From IMG/VR virus record IMGVR_UViG_3300037067_004728, positions 41,377-105,376 of that record: a stretch of DNA of 64,000 nucleotides, one strand, 5' to 3'. The stretch's first letter is position 1. Each line of letters begins with the position of its first letter. This DNA is from a virus (Duplodnaviria; Caudoviricetes). Made by a program: the position numbers and the translations under genes. Shown in pieces: positions 10,801 to 21,854 of this stretch. Under the pieces are notes generated by a model. That model saw nothing but the letters and a program-made list of their open reading frames with translations, had not been told where the DNA came from and did not search any database.

Positions 10801-11128
10801 AGATTATCAACGTGAATTTGCAGATTTGTCAGCCGGTGACGCCATTACAATTCTGTCAGAAATGGGTGTGGAAAAAGATCGGATTATTATACAAAGCCCG
10901 TCGGGCAACGTAATGACAACGCCAATGAAATTATGTTTCAAACTGCCTTATAATTACCCTGCCAGAGAGGTAGGACCAATTCAATTTTGTGGCGGTCCAC
11001 CTGGACAATATAACTGGATCGAAGGCTCATTAACTACAATGGTTATGGATCATGTTATGCACCATGATGCAACCGAAGAACAAAAATCTCGTCTTTATGG
11101 CACAAAAATTGCAGGGTTAGGCTGCTAA
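10787..11128 (+). CDS. GGPP-family paralog 7
   Basis: LSAGDA..IL, FCGGPP..W.EGSLTT. Confidence 0.7.
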   Translation: MRPFEDYQREFADLSAGDAITILSEMGVEKDRIIIQSPSGNVMTTPMKLCFKLPYNYPAREVGPIQFCGGPPGQYNWIEGSLTTMVMDHVMHHDATEEQKSRLYGTKIAGLGC

Positions 11129-11292
11129 ATGGGACACACATTTCGTCGAAACAGTGATTACGGGTATAAGCACGATTACCGTGAACGCAATGAGCGTAAG
11201 TTGAAGAAATACAACAAACGGTTGCGAAAAGTCACCAATCAAAAACGTATTACCTTCACTCCACCCCCACAAGAGGGACAGGAGTTAGTGTA

Positions 11293-12003
11293 ATGTGTCG
11301 TTATATATCAGTCAATAGTGGAATTGGAAGTTTTGATTTAGCTTTACAGAGACTTCATAGTTGGACACCAGCTTGTTATGTGGAAAAGAATACCAGAAAC
11401 ATTGAGACACTCATCCAGAGATTCCGCGATGATACGATCCAAGATGCTCCAATCTGGGATGATTTCGCCACATTCGACGGGCGACCTTGGCGTGGATGCG
11501 TGGATTGCATTGCTGGCGTCGAATTGGCCGAAATTGACAGCGAATCCCGCGAGTGTTCTACAGCATCTTCAAATAAACTCATTAGTCTTACAAAAGAAGT
11601 GGAACCGAGCCACATCCTCTGGCAATTCTCATCTGCGACTAAAGCGGAGGCAGTCGCAAGTGCGGATTATCTCGCCAACGGGCTTGAAATTCTTGGCTAC
11701 CGCACGGCAATTCTCAAAGTGCGGTCGAGTGATTTGGGCGCTGACCATAGACGGACTAGATTGTTTGTCTGCGCAGAAATGGCGAACACCCAACCAGCAA
11801 ATGGCGGGGAACGAATCGAGGAAATCGACGAACGCCTGTCAACACCTTGCCGAGCAACTAGGTGGACTTCCGCACCCCGAATTTGTCGAAGAACTGATGG
11901 GATTACCGATAGGATGGAGCGCCTTGACGCACTTGGACGAAGCACGATACCGGCAATGGTCTCAGCGGTTTCGACGATTCTCGATGCAGGAATTGTGTTT
12001 TAA
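11293..12003 (+). CDS. C5-cytosine DNA methyltransferase-like protein (alpha part) lacking catalytic PC motif
   Basis: SGIGSFDL motif I, IWDD..TFDG, GADHRR.RLF motif VIII, RL.ALG motif X; PC and ENV absent. Confidence 0.7.
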   Translation: MCRYISVNSGIGSFDLALQRLHSWTPACYVEKNTRNIETLIQRFRDDTIQDAPIWDDFATFDGRPWRGCVDCIAGVELAEIDSESRECSTASSNKLISLTKEVEPSHILWQFSSATKAEAVASADYLANGLEILGYRTAILKVRSSDLGADHRRTRLFVCAEMANTQPANGGERIEEIDERLSTPCRATRWTSAPRICRRTDGITDRMERLDALGRSTIPAMVSAVSTILDAGIVF

Positions 12004-12037
12004 TGGACCAAACTGGGCAATAAATAGGCGGCACTAA
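11801..12037 (+). CDS. nested alternative-frame C5-MTase beta-like polypeptide
   Basis: GG.PHPEFVEELMGLPIGW motif IX-like segment in the overlapping frame of ORF 11378-12037. Confidence 0.55.
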   Translation: MAGNESRKSTNACQHLAEQLGGLPHPEFVEELMGLPIGWSALTHLDEARYRQWSQRFRRFSMQELCFNGPNWAINRRH

Positions 12038-12838
12038 TGCGATGCGATCAATTTGCGGGATTACCTGATGATGCGGTAAAGTTTCTCAATGAGAATACGA
12101 AACCACCAATTATCTGCCCAACATGCAATTGTGTTCGACCAGTTCAAATAGATGTAGTTGGGCACTATGCGGGTATGTTTGGCGATAATTATGATTTGCA
12201 CCGTCATAAGTTAAATGATGGTGGGTATGCGGACGAGTATGTACAGGCAGCACCCTGGTCTAGTGGGCCAGTATTTTTTATAGGGCTGCATGTGTATGAT
12301 AAACATGGTGTTCTTAGGCATAGTTTTCTGTGGTCTGAGGACGAAATTTGCAATGCTTAGGAGGGTTTTATGATTCGTCGAGTTTTACAGCGTGTGTTGA
12401 AGATTGTTGGTCGTGTACTTCGATTAACGACGGCGGTATTGACGTTCGCGTATGTAGTGCCGGTCATTTTAATCGGATATGTTTATGGACTGACGACGGC
12501 TAGTTTTAGATTGGGGCGCACGTTGTCTGCGGTGGCGGCAGCAACGGCAATTAACAAGGTATTTGAAAGGATACAGTAATGATTAGTTACACAGTTATTG
12601 TTGACACGAGAGAGGGTGATCGGTTTCGTGGGATTTATCCTACTGTTCCTACACGGGATCAAGTAATTGAGGGTATTCGTAGTAGTGGTACAGATGCAAA
12701 ATCTGTCACTCGTCTCATTGCTCTTGTTAAGACGGCAAAGAATTGGCCTGACCGAATTGTTGCTCGTCGTGTCGAAGTTGTCCGCGTTGAGGCAACAATT
12801 ATTGGAAAGATTGTTTTTGATGTACAGCGAGGTCGTTA

Positions 12839-13378
12839 ATGGGTCTTTTATTCAAGGATTATACTTGTCCTAAATGTGGTAAGACATTTAGAGCGTTTAA
12901 ATTTGGAACGCCAAAGTGTCCTTATTGTACCCCGATTGTAATTCCCAATTACGATATTATTGGGACTGTACCAACGGGCGGATTTTCTGATACGGCGTCT
13001 GGTTTGATTGAGGCGGGTAAGGTTTATTCAGGAGCGCATGTTTGTGAATCTGAGATTCATTCTGCTTTAATGGCAATGGCTACACGCCATGCTCAATATC
13101 AGGCCGCACATAAGACACAAGGCCATCAGCTTTTTGATGCGAGAGTGGCAGAGTTGCGAAAAACAATGACTAATCAGTCATTTGCAGAAATTTGTGCGGA
13201 GTCTTGGAAGGAACAGAAGAACGACACCAAGCGAGCATTAGGCGATGAAATGTTTAAGTGCTGGCGTCAATCTCCTGGTCACTGGTCCGTTGCCAGTAAA
13301 AAGCATAAATATTATGGCGCCGACATGGCAATGGGTTCCAATGGTGTTTGGTATGCCTGTATTATTGTTGCAGATTAA
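12839..13378 (+). CDS. CAP/SCP domain protein with N-terminal zinc ribbon
   Basis: HAQYQA..GH, EICAES, W..SPGHW, GVWYAC. Confidence 0.7.
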   Translation: MGLLFKDYTCPKCGKTFRAFKFGTPKCPYCTPIVIPNYDIIGTVPTGGFSDTASGLIEAGKVYSGAHVCESEIHSALMAMATRHAQYQAAHKTQGHQLFDARVAELRKTMTNQSFAEICAESWKEQKNDTKRALGDEMFKCWRQSPGHWSVASKKHKYYGADMAMGSNGVWYACIIVAD

Positions 13379-13795
13379 ATGAGATACTGGGTTGATGTTC
13401 GAGTAGGTTGTTGTGCTATCAGGGATTCCAGAATTTCTGGTGATGAACTGGATGTAATTTTAAATCCCAATCTACCCAGTGTTATTTACTTTTGGGCCGG
13501 GAGTACAAAGGTCGTTAAAACGGAACACGGTGAATATTTGACTCCCACCCATTGTCAAGTTCCAGAGGAAGAATTACTCTATGCACGGAAACTATGTGAG
13601 GAATTAAATGAGCAAGACAAAAACCACAGGATGGCAGCGCACGATGCGATGGTTGGATGCTCCCGCACTAAAGCGTTGGTACAAAAAGTTTGTAAGTCGT
13701 CGGAATCGTCGCCAAGCAAAGGAAAAGACTAGACAAGGCGACGATGATTTTAGAGATAAACCACTTGATCCTTGGGCCATTGATTAGGAACTTTT

Positions 13796-14284
13796 ATGTC
13801 GATTGCTAGACAAGTTTTACAACGTCTTTATGAGGCGACTAATGTAGGTTTAGCGGACCATGAGTTAGTTACCTTATGTCCGGCTATTTGTAGTGCCACA
13901 GTACGGGGAGCGCGAAAGGATTTAGAACGCAATGACTTATGTTCCCGTACTGGGCGAACATCCAGAACACCAACAGGATGCTATGGAGCGGTGTATGTGA
14001 TAACTTCATTAGGTCGTCAGTATATTGAGTCTGGCAGAGAATTACCACCCAAACAATTCCCTGATACGGATGATTCAATTTTACGACGTATTGCACAGAA
14101 AATCAAACAAGGATATGATTTTCAGTGTGGTCGGATTGAGGGTGAAAAGAAATATTATGCTGGTTTCTTTGATAATACGGCTAAACGATGCGAAATTTGT
14201 GGCGCGCCTAGTTTGGAGCAAGATATTCTTGGTATTAGTGACTCCATTGAAACTGCAATCTTAAAGGCTTTAAACCATGACTGA
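13796..14284 (+). CDS. putative winged-helix DNA-binding protein
   Basis: GL.D.EL...TVR.AR..L pattern and Y.IT..G wing. Confidence 0.4.
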   Translation: MSIARQVLQRLYEATNVGLADHELVTLCPAICSATVRGARKDLERNDLCSRTGRTSRTPTGCYGAVYVITSLGRQYIESGRELPPKQFPDTDDSILRRIAQKIKQGYDFQCGRIEGEKKYYAGFFDNTAKRCEICGAPSLEQDILGISDSIETAILKALNHD

Positions 14285-14627
14285 TAGTTCTTTATTACGA
14301 TGGTATGTCTATTTGTGGTTGGTTGATGTAGACGAACATCCTGAGTATTGTGGTAAGGGATGTGGCGACCGGGATGTAAGCCATCTTAAATTAGATATGA
14401 GTTGTCCATTCTGGCATAAACGGCTACAATATATTCTCGACCATAATATTCCAAATCGCGTGATACGCATTGAAACTTCCTTAACAAATGATGAAGCATT
14501 TGCTATTGAAGCAAAAACGATTTCTAAATATGGTCGCATTATTGATGGTTCAGGAGTATTATATAATATTCACCCTGGCGGTCGCATTAGATGTCATACA
14601 CGTTATGGAAGTAAAGAATTTTTTTGA
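14277..14627 (+). CDS. GIY-YIG-like nuclease
   Basis: YVY...YCGKG..R..H...EA..IE...I...G..LYN. Confidence 0.6.
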   Translation: MTDSSLLRWYVYLWLVDVDEHPEYCGKGCGDRDVSHLKLDMSCPFWHKRLQYILDHNIPNRVIRIETSLTNDEAFAIEAKTISKYGRIIDGSGVLYNIHPGGRIRCHTRYGSKEFF

Positions 14628-14879
14628 TGAATTAGCTGATTTATCAATTGAATTTGCCAGGGACGAGTTAATTAGGGCTGGGGTTTCGCCGGGGTCAGAT
14701 GATTGGTTAGTTTTAGACAGCAAAAAAGAACTCTTATGCAATATTGTTAAACGCTGTTATGCTGACCATGTGCCTGATTCCGATATGCACCCTTATCCGT
14801 ATACTGATGAGTGGCTGTTAAAGTTGTGGGTGACACATAGAAAACGACCAGAAAATTATGCGCGAAAAGTAAAAAAAGT

Positions 14880-15692
14880 ATGTCTTTAAATATATTCCGG
14901 TATCCTGGTGGCAAATCAAAAGCAAGTATTCGAGATTGGATACTGTCTCAGATGCCAGATGACACCTTAGAATACCGAGAACCGTTTGTTGGTGGTGGTG
15001 GAATTTTCTTTGCTGTTCCACAGCATTTACGACGCTGGATAAATGATATTCATCCGGGTTTAATTGCAGTTTATAAAGCATTAAAACGAAATGACGGATT
15101 TATTGAATCGTGTAAGCGAATTAAGGCGGCACAACCAACTGAACCTTTGAATGGCAGGTATAATGCACGACTAGGAAGAGTTTTTGATCGGTTCAAAGCT
15201 AATGAGCAAATGGATCAAGCCCTTCGATACTTTTTTCTAAATAGAACAGTTTTCGCCGGACGAGTGAATTATGCGATTCCATCCCGGCTTTATTATAGTC
15301 ATCCAGATGGTTGGAATATTGTCAATACGACAAAATTAGAACAAGCATCTGATTGCTTACAACACGTTAAAATTACCTGCCGTGATTATGCTCATTTATT
15401 AAGTACGCCGGGGGAAAAAGTCTGGGTATACATTGACCCTCCGTATGTTGTCAATACAAATTTAACTGCATCTTCTCAATTATACCAGTATAATTTTACT
15501 CTCGACGATCATAGACTGCTGGCAACACGGATTCGAGATTGTCAGCATCGTGTATGTGTAAGCTATGACGATCATCCATTGATTAGAGAACTATATAAAG
15601 ATTTTCGTATTTTGAATCATTTGAATACAAACTGCGGAACAACAAATAGTACCAAACAACGAGTAACAGAACTTTTAATTTTGAACTACTAG
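14880..15692 (+). CDS. dam: DNA adenine methyltransferase (Dam/D12 class)
   Basis: RYPGGK, EPFVGGG, YIDPPY, ELLILNY. Confidence 0.9.
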   Translation: MSLNIFRYPGGKSKASIRDWILSQMPDDTLEYREPFVGGGGIFFAVPQHLRRWINDIHPGLIAVYKALKRNDGFIESCKRIKAAQPTEPLNGRYNARLGRVFDRFKANEQMDQALRYFFLNRTVFAGRVNYAIPSRLYYSHPDGWNIVNTTKLEQASDCLQHVKITCRDYAHLLSTPGEKVWVYIDPPYVVNTNLTASSQLYQYNFTLDDHRLLATRIRDCQHRVCVSYDDHPLIRELYKDFRILNHLNTNCGTTNSTKQRVTELLILNY

Positions 15693-16299
15693 AGGAGATT
15701 GATGATGGACTCGGTTAAATTGCACATGGGTAAAAGTTTAGACGATAGATACCAATTTCAACCTTGGTATATCAAGTTGTATCGTCAATTACGATGGGGT
15801 CCACAATATTGGCTGTTAGCTTGCTATATCATTATCAAATGGTTTATAACTTTTCGTGGCCAGATTCCACAAGAAGAACGCGATTGGTTTGTCAGTCGGT
15901 GTGATTATGTGAAGCATCTTTGGCGATTAGTGGCTTCATTAGGGTCGATGAAAATGAAGCATTATTACACATTAGATGAAGTAATGGAAAATTGCAAGAG
16001 GAAAATTCAATGTCTGAATTCAAAGTAGAAGGTTTACCTGATTTAGAAAAGTTACGTAATAAAGAAGTAACATGGACCCCTCCACATTCTTTAGAGGAGT
16101 TTCTTGATTTGGTAAGCATGGTAATTGAAACTAGCAAGTATACAGATTCTTTTATGGACGGAAGCGAGCAGACACTTGAAAATTTGCGGGCATTTGTTCA
16201 GGTTAAGGCCAACAGAATTAAAATGCACCCGGATGTAGAAGAGTGTATTGATGTAGCAGCTTATGCTTACATGGTTTATCATATTCTTATGGAGAAGTC

Positions 16300-16677
16300 A
16301 TGCAGGGTTGGATCGGAGTAGATTTAGATGGTACGCTGGCTCATTGGGATCATTGGCATGAAGCCGGTATAATTGGTAAGCCTATTGAACCAATGGTCGA
16401 GCGGGTTCGTAAATGGCTTGCCGAAGGTAAGGCCGTGCGAATTTTTACCGCAAGAGCCGATGAAAATGAAGCTGGTTATAAGACAAACATGATCGGCATT
16501 AGACTTTGGTGCCAAGATGTATTTGGGCAAGTCTTACCTATTACAAATAAAAAAGACAGGTGGATGATAGAATTGTGGGATGACAGATGTATTCAAGTTG
16601 GTTTAAATACGGGACAACCAGTTGTACCTTATCTTGAAGGGCAGTGTCGTGAACCTGATAGGGATATGCCTCATTAG
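16300..16677 (+). CDS. HAD-superfamily phosphatase (PNK 3'-phosphatase-like)
   Basis: GVDLDGTLA, IFTAR, LWDDR motifs. Confidence 0.75.
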   Translation: MQGWIGVDLDGTLAHWDHWHEAGIIGKPIEPMVERVRKWLAEGKAVRIFTARADENEAGYKTNMIGIRLWCQDVFGQVLPITNKKDRWMIELWDDRCIQVGLNTGQPVVPYLEGQCREPDRDMPH

Positions 16678-17338
16678 TGCGATTGTAGCCCAACCAATTG
16701 TTCGTGTTGAATCAATTGAACGTGGGTCTACTTCTTGGGGCACAGGGACGTGCGTTGCCAGTACAAATGAGTCATTGATTATTACAGCGTGGCATGTTAT
16801 TAGAGACGGGCATGAATTTAAAGTCAATGGAAAACCTGCAAAGTTAATCAAAGCCGACAAGACATGGGACTTGGCGGCTTTGATTATTGATGAACGAATG
16901 CCAACTTTTAATATTGGAAACCACCGGCCTAAAATTGGCGAAACATTGATGGTTTGTGGATATGGAAGTGGTGATTACCGGGAATCAAAAGGTCAAATAA
17001 CGCAGTATGTTAGCCCTAATAGTGTGCAACCTGCCGATATTATAGAATGCACGGCAAAAGCACGAAATGGAGACTCTGGCGGGCCAATTTTTGATACACA
17101 TGGCATATTAGTTGCAGTATTATTTGGCACAGATCAAGTTGGTGCGCATGGAAGTTGTTGTATACAAGTACGTAAGTTTATAGAAAGTTTAACAATTGAT
17201 GTGAGGCTAAAACAACAGGCTCTTATTATTCCGTATGTATTTTATGATAAAACCAAAATCCGCTCAAGAAATAATGGCAGACGCCGGTGTAGTAAATATG
17301 TTACAAGGACGGCATTTAACTTTGAGGTTGTTCAATGA
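16622..17338 (+). CDS. secreted trypsin-like serine protease
   Basis: TAWH, DLA, GDSGGP catalytic triad motifs; hydrophobic N-terminus. Confidence 0.85.
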   Translation: MYLILKGSVVNLIGICLISAIVAQPIVRVESIERGSTSWGTGTCVASTNESLIITAWHVIRDGHEFKVNGKPAKLIKADKTWDLAALIIDERMPTFNIGNHRPKIGETLMVCGYGSGDYRESKGQITQYVSPNSVQPADIIECTAKARNGDSGGPIFDTHGILVAVLFGTDQVGAHGSCCIQVRKFIESLTIDVRLKQQALIIPYVFYDKTKIRSRNNGRRRCSKYVTRTAFNFEVVQ

Positions 17339-17642
17339 ATTCAGACTTTTTAGCCGCGCGGCTACGAAAACAGGTCGGACTAGAATGGGAGGATGCAATA
17401 GTTTGGATAACAAAGGTAGAGAAGGTAACAGAGAAACAGGTAGTTTGTAAAAATCGTACACGTAAGCCAGGTAAAAAGAATATTGTCGGTTATTCTACTC
17501 TTATGAATGAATCACCTAACAACGGTCATGCCGGTTGTTTTAATCGTAGGGTTTTTATCGAAGATGCCAATGGCATTGCACCAGAAGCGGCGTTCCCTGG
17601 CGTACCTCTTGACAAGTGCCGATAGTATGGTAGAATATAAGT

Positions 17643-18065
17643 ATGGAAGAAACCTTGACAAAAACTTTAGAAGTCGATATTCAAAACCTGATAATGGCTT
17701 TTGAAGCCCTGTCAACTGGTAAAACTTTAGATGATGCGTATTTGCTCGTCGAAGATTTAGGTTATAAGGACCGAATTATTCTTGTCGGGCATAAAGGTAT
17801 TACCACTCTTTCGAGGGTCTGTACTGAGCCAGATTGGGCAAAGCAGCCAATGGAGAAGGTTATCATTAAATTCAAAGGTGGCCCTGGGCCTGAAATTTGT
17901 GGCCATTCAATTTTTACTGCGAGTGTGCGGGCGTATGTTGTGGACCGACTAATTAAGACTGTAATGGCAAGCGGAGTAGAACCGGCTTTAGAAGCCATTA
18001 AGGTTATTTGGGGCATTAACGTGAAGTGCGGAGCATCAATAGATGATCCGGTATTATCAAACTGA
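17643..18065 (+). CDS. dispersed GGPP-family paralog 8
   Basis: DAY.L...LG..D.I...FKGGPG...D; own promoter at about 17609. Confidence 0.55.
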   Translation: MEETLTKTLEVDIQNLIMAFEALSTGKTLDDAYLLVEDLGYKDRIILVGHKGITTLSRVCTEPDWAKQPMEKVIIKFKGGPGPEICGHSIFTASVRAYVVDRLIKTVMASGVEPALEAIKVIWGINVKCGASIDDPVLSN

Positions 18066-18522
18066 TAAAGGTTATGTTGCGACTGATAGCAGTGTACGTT
18101 TACGTGCGAATGATTCGTCCGTCGGCAATGCTGTGGTTTTCGGGCGCGGCCCGACTGTGGGTTGGGATATTAGCTCGATTACCGACCAAGTTTTTGTCCC
18201 CAAGTCGCTTGGGGTAGAAGTGGAGGCCGATAGCGTACCTCAAGAGTGGCAAGATGCTTTGGGGTTAGCTACTGTGAAAAGTCCTGTCAAGACGGGTGGT
18301 TTGTCTCACTCAAGCGGGCTGCCCGACCTAACAAAGCAAGACGCCGAGCAGGATAGAGGACCGGATCAGGTGGCAAGATTTTTGATGTTTGCGGCGGGCG
18401 TTTTTGTAGGTCTAGTATTGGCTTACTATTTTACAATCTGAATAGTAGTTGTGGAGAAAACTACTTCTGTGACGTGATGTGAGTGGCGGCGGCTGCGGAG
18501 CATGACATGGATACCCGCCGAT

Positions 18523-18606
18523 GGGAGAATTGAGCATTGGCAGGCTCAACTGACTGTAAATCAGCCTACCCAAAAGGTACTGTAGGTTCAACTCCTGCTT
18601 CTCCCA
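18523..18606 (+). tRNA. tRNA-Tyr(GTA)
   Basis: gggagaa/ttctccc acceptor, CTGTAAA loop, long variable arm, GGTTCAACTCC T-arm. Confidence 0.9.
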
Positions 18607-18981
18607 CTTTAACCATAGGAGCATTTATATGGAAAAATTGATTGTCCTGATTTTGATTTTCATTGTGAGTCTTGTAGGTTTTATGATTACTGACGCTGCA
18701 TTTAGCACGTCAGAAACCACTCAAGGTGTTGTGTTGGAAAAGGTTTATTCTCCTGCAACAACTGGCACGGGAGTTGGTGTAGCCGCAGGCGGAAAGACAA
18801 TAACGCCAGTAGTTGTGGTTACTTCTTCGGCAGAAGATTTTGTAGTTTTGGTGAAATGCCCGTATGGCACTTTTTCTAGCCATACTACTGCCGGTATCTA
18901 TGGAAGTGTCGATAAGGGCGTTATTGTTACTTTAATTGTTAATAGGGGTTATTGGACAAACGGTATTTGGTGTGTAAAAAT

Positions 18982-19053
18982 TGCAATGTAGCTCAATGGT
19001 AGAGCGCCTGCCTGTTAAGCAGTGGGTTGGAGGTTCGAGTCCTCCCGTTGCAG
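18982..19053 (+). tRNA. tRNA-Asn(GTT)
   Basis: cloverleaf, CTGTTAA loop, GGTTCGAGTCC. Confidence 0.95.
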
Positions 19054-19055
19054 CT

Positions 19056-19128
19056 AGGCCCGTAGCTCAGTGGTTAGAGCAGGGGCCTTATAAGCCCAAG
19101 GTCGCAGGTTCGATTCCTGCCGGGCCTA
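19056..19128 (+). tRNA. tRNA-Ile(TAT)
   Basis: aggcccg/cgggcct acceptor, CTTATAA loop, GGTTCGATTCC. Confidence 0.9.
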
Positions 19129-20154
19129 CTAGGAGATTTATGATGTATTACATGCTTGAAAGATTTGCTTTTCCATATTGGATTTCTATGGGAATTATCT
19201 TGCAAGGTGATTTTCGTAAACACATGGTTGTGTTAGAGACATTTCGTAACTTGCATCCTGAAACGGATTTTCGTGCAAAACGTATTAGCGACAAAGCTGC
19301 TATGATTTTTGCCGCTCGTGGAATGACTATTATGACCGCCCCAGATGTATTAAAAAATGTCTAAAATTAGGAAGGTAAAAAAGTCGTATTGACTCATGTT
19401 TAGAACGCCGCGATTACTGCTGGAAGCACATAACGCGGACGGCTGGAAGCCAGTTAGAATTTACTGTAATTTCAAGTCAGTTCGCTTGATGCTAAATGTT
19501 TTACCACGTATTGCACAGGCATACGGCGGTATTGATAATGTGCGTGTAAAATATTTAGCAACACACGAACAAATTGCAGAAGCAAAATTAGCTATTGATA
19601 GGCAAAATAGACCATGACAGAACATATAAATAAGTGGCAAGTATCGAATGAGAAAATGACGGTATTGGTGCAAACTAGAAACGGTATTATTACAAACGCC
19701 GCGCCCGTTGTTCAAATTTTTATTGGTCAGCCATTAGATAATTTGGCAGTTTGGATGAGTAAAATGGGGTCAACAACTATTACCCCTTTAGAAGGGCATA
19801 TATGCTAAAACGAATTGTGTTTGGCACGATATTTGCTTATTTGATTCTAGGTTTGCCGGTATTGGCAATGGGGTTTATTTTTCCAGCGGCAGCCGGTGCC
19901 CCATTATGGCAAGCTATTTTATTTGCTATTTTTGCTTGGTTGCTGTGGCCATTTATTATTACAGGAACTTTTTGTGGTTGACGATATTGTTGATTGCATT
20001 ATAATGTGGATTGTTGTAATCATAGTCGCTATAGGCGCTATTGGATCAGTAATTGGATGGGCGCTCTTGTATCTTGTGTATGCCATTGCAGTAGCCGGTG
20101 TTTATGGGCTGGCCTATTGTATTTTACCATTTGTCTGGTTACGGAGAAAAATAA

Positions 20155-20733
20155 ATGCGTTACGTGAGTCTTGATATAGAAACAACGGGCTTGGGTGATA
20201 ATTGTCAGATTCTACAATTAGCTGCCGTACTTGATGATACAAACAAGCTACTGACTGATTCTCTGACGTTTAATGCTTTGGTGTATGATTATTGGTATGG
20301 CGGTGAACCTTTTGCTTTAGCCTTGAATCATAAGATTTTTGAAACTTTGTCTAAATGTAAGCCGGGCGATATTTCAGTTCACAATGGTAAGACAGTTTTG
20401 ATTCTGGAACCGCATACATTGATTCCCGCATTTAGTCTCTGGTTGAAGGAAATTGGAGAAGAAAAGATTTTACTTGCAGGTAAGAATGTTGCCAGTTTTG
20501 ATCTTCGTTTTCTAAAGAACATGGAGGGCTGGTCAGACGTTAAGCATCATTACCGTTTTCTCGATCCTGGTAATCTTTTCCTATTACCAACTGACACCAT
20601 TCCACCAAGTACCGATGAATGTTTGAAACGGGCTGGGATTAAGAAGGAAGTATCTCACGACGCTTTAGATGATGCGTATGATGTTTGTATGCTAATTCGT
20701 AATTGGATTTGTAGACAGGAACAATTACGATGA
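20155..20733 (+). CDS. DEDDh 3'-5' exonuclease
   Basis: LDIETTG, GKN..FD..FL, HDALDD. Confidence 0.9.
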   Translation: MRYVSLDIETTGLGDNCQILQLAAVLDDTNKLLTDSLTFNALVYDYWYGGEPFALALNHKIFETLSKCKPGDISVHNGKTVLILEPHTLIPAFSLWLKEIGEEKILLAGKNVASFDLRFLKNMEGWSDVKHHYRFLDPGNLFLLPTDTIPPSTDECLKRAGIKKEVSHDALDDAYDVCMLIRNWICRQEQLR

Positions 20734-21114
20734 CGAGTATATTTGAATTATATGGATTGATTACAGAAGGCAAATTAAGTAGGATTAGAAAGTGTGTCGG
20801 AATAGATCGGACTGGGCGTAAAAAATATGAAGAAGTCTGTATTAGCACAACCGAAGAATATGCCCGTCTTATTATAACTTTATTAAATCAATCTATTGAT
20901 GACACATTTGACGGGACACCCGGCGCTCATCCGGCATATTGGCGCGGTCAAGATGATGCTCTTGCGGCAATATGCCTCAAAATAAATCAAATTCTTGATG
21001 GTAAAGATGATGGGCGCGGCGTTGCCAATGAACCGTGGGAATCTGTGCGGCGTCGATTATTGAATTTGACAGAAGCCTATAATCTATACCTTCATTGTAG
21101 AACTAGGTCATAGC

Positions 21115-21531
21115 ATGGACTACCTAAAACACGCAATTGAACTAGCCCGAAATAGTAAGGGTGGACCATTTGGAGCCTGCTTAGTTAAAGCCGGAGTGTT
21201 AGTAGAGGGTCAAAATGAGGTTGTGCCTACACATGACCCTACGGCACATGCAGAAATTGTGGCTATTCGCAAAGCCTGTGCGGCTATTGGTAGCCATGAT
21301 TTGAGTGAATGGACTTTGTATTCGAGTTGTGAACCATGTCCCATGTGTCTTGGAGCAATTCAATGGGCGCGTATCAAAAAGGTTGTGTATGCGGCGACTC
21401 GGTTTGATGCTCAGGAAGTTGGTTTTGACGATGTGGCTTTTTATGGTCGGCCTACAATTAGTATTGAACAAGGTAATCTTTGGAAAGAGGCTCGTGAAAT
21501 GATGCTATCGTGGAAAGGACAAATATACTAA
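21115..21531 (+). CDS. nucleoside/guanine deaminase
   Basis: GGPFGA, DPTAHAE, CEPCPMC. Confidence 0.9.
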   Translation: MDYLKHAIELARNSKGGPFGACLVKAGVLVEGQNEVVPTHDPTAHAEIVAIRKACAAIGSHDLSEWTLYSSCEPCPMCLGAIQWARIKKVVYAATRFDAQEVGFDDVAFYGRPTISIEQGNLWKEAREMMLSWKGQIY

Positions 21532-21854
21532 TGTGGACGCCAGAAATTGAAAGTATGTGGAAGTCTCGGTTTGAATTTATGAAGCATCCTGACTGGGCGT
21601 TCCATGATTTTGTAACAATGTGTTCGGAGCAGGAGGCTTTGCAAGATTTAGAATTGGCAATTGCCGAGATTGAGAGGCTTCGTGAAACCAGTAAAACGTG
21701 ATGATGGTTGGTGGGTCACAGAAATACCAGATTGCGATGATTGTGGCCCTTATGCTACTAAAGCGGACGCTGAGGACACTAGACGTGGATTACAGCGAAC
21801 TTTTGACAACATGGATGATTGGAGTTTTTGGACCTCTGAACCGGAGCCTAAGAA

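Noticed and set aside
18981-19140. ORF-track N-terminal extension of 18981-19364, and ORFs such as 25429-25656, 28544-28777, 40886-41074 and 40972-41208
   Set aside because: They overlap tRNA or tmRNA genes and are read-through artefacts.
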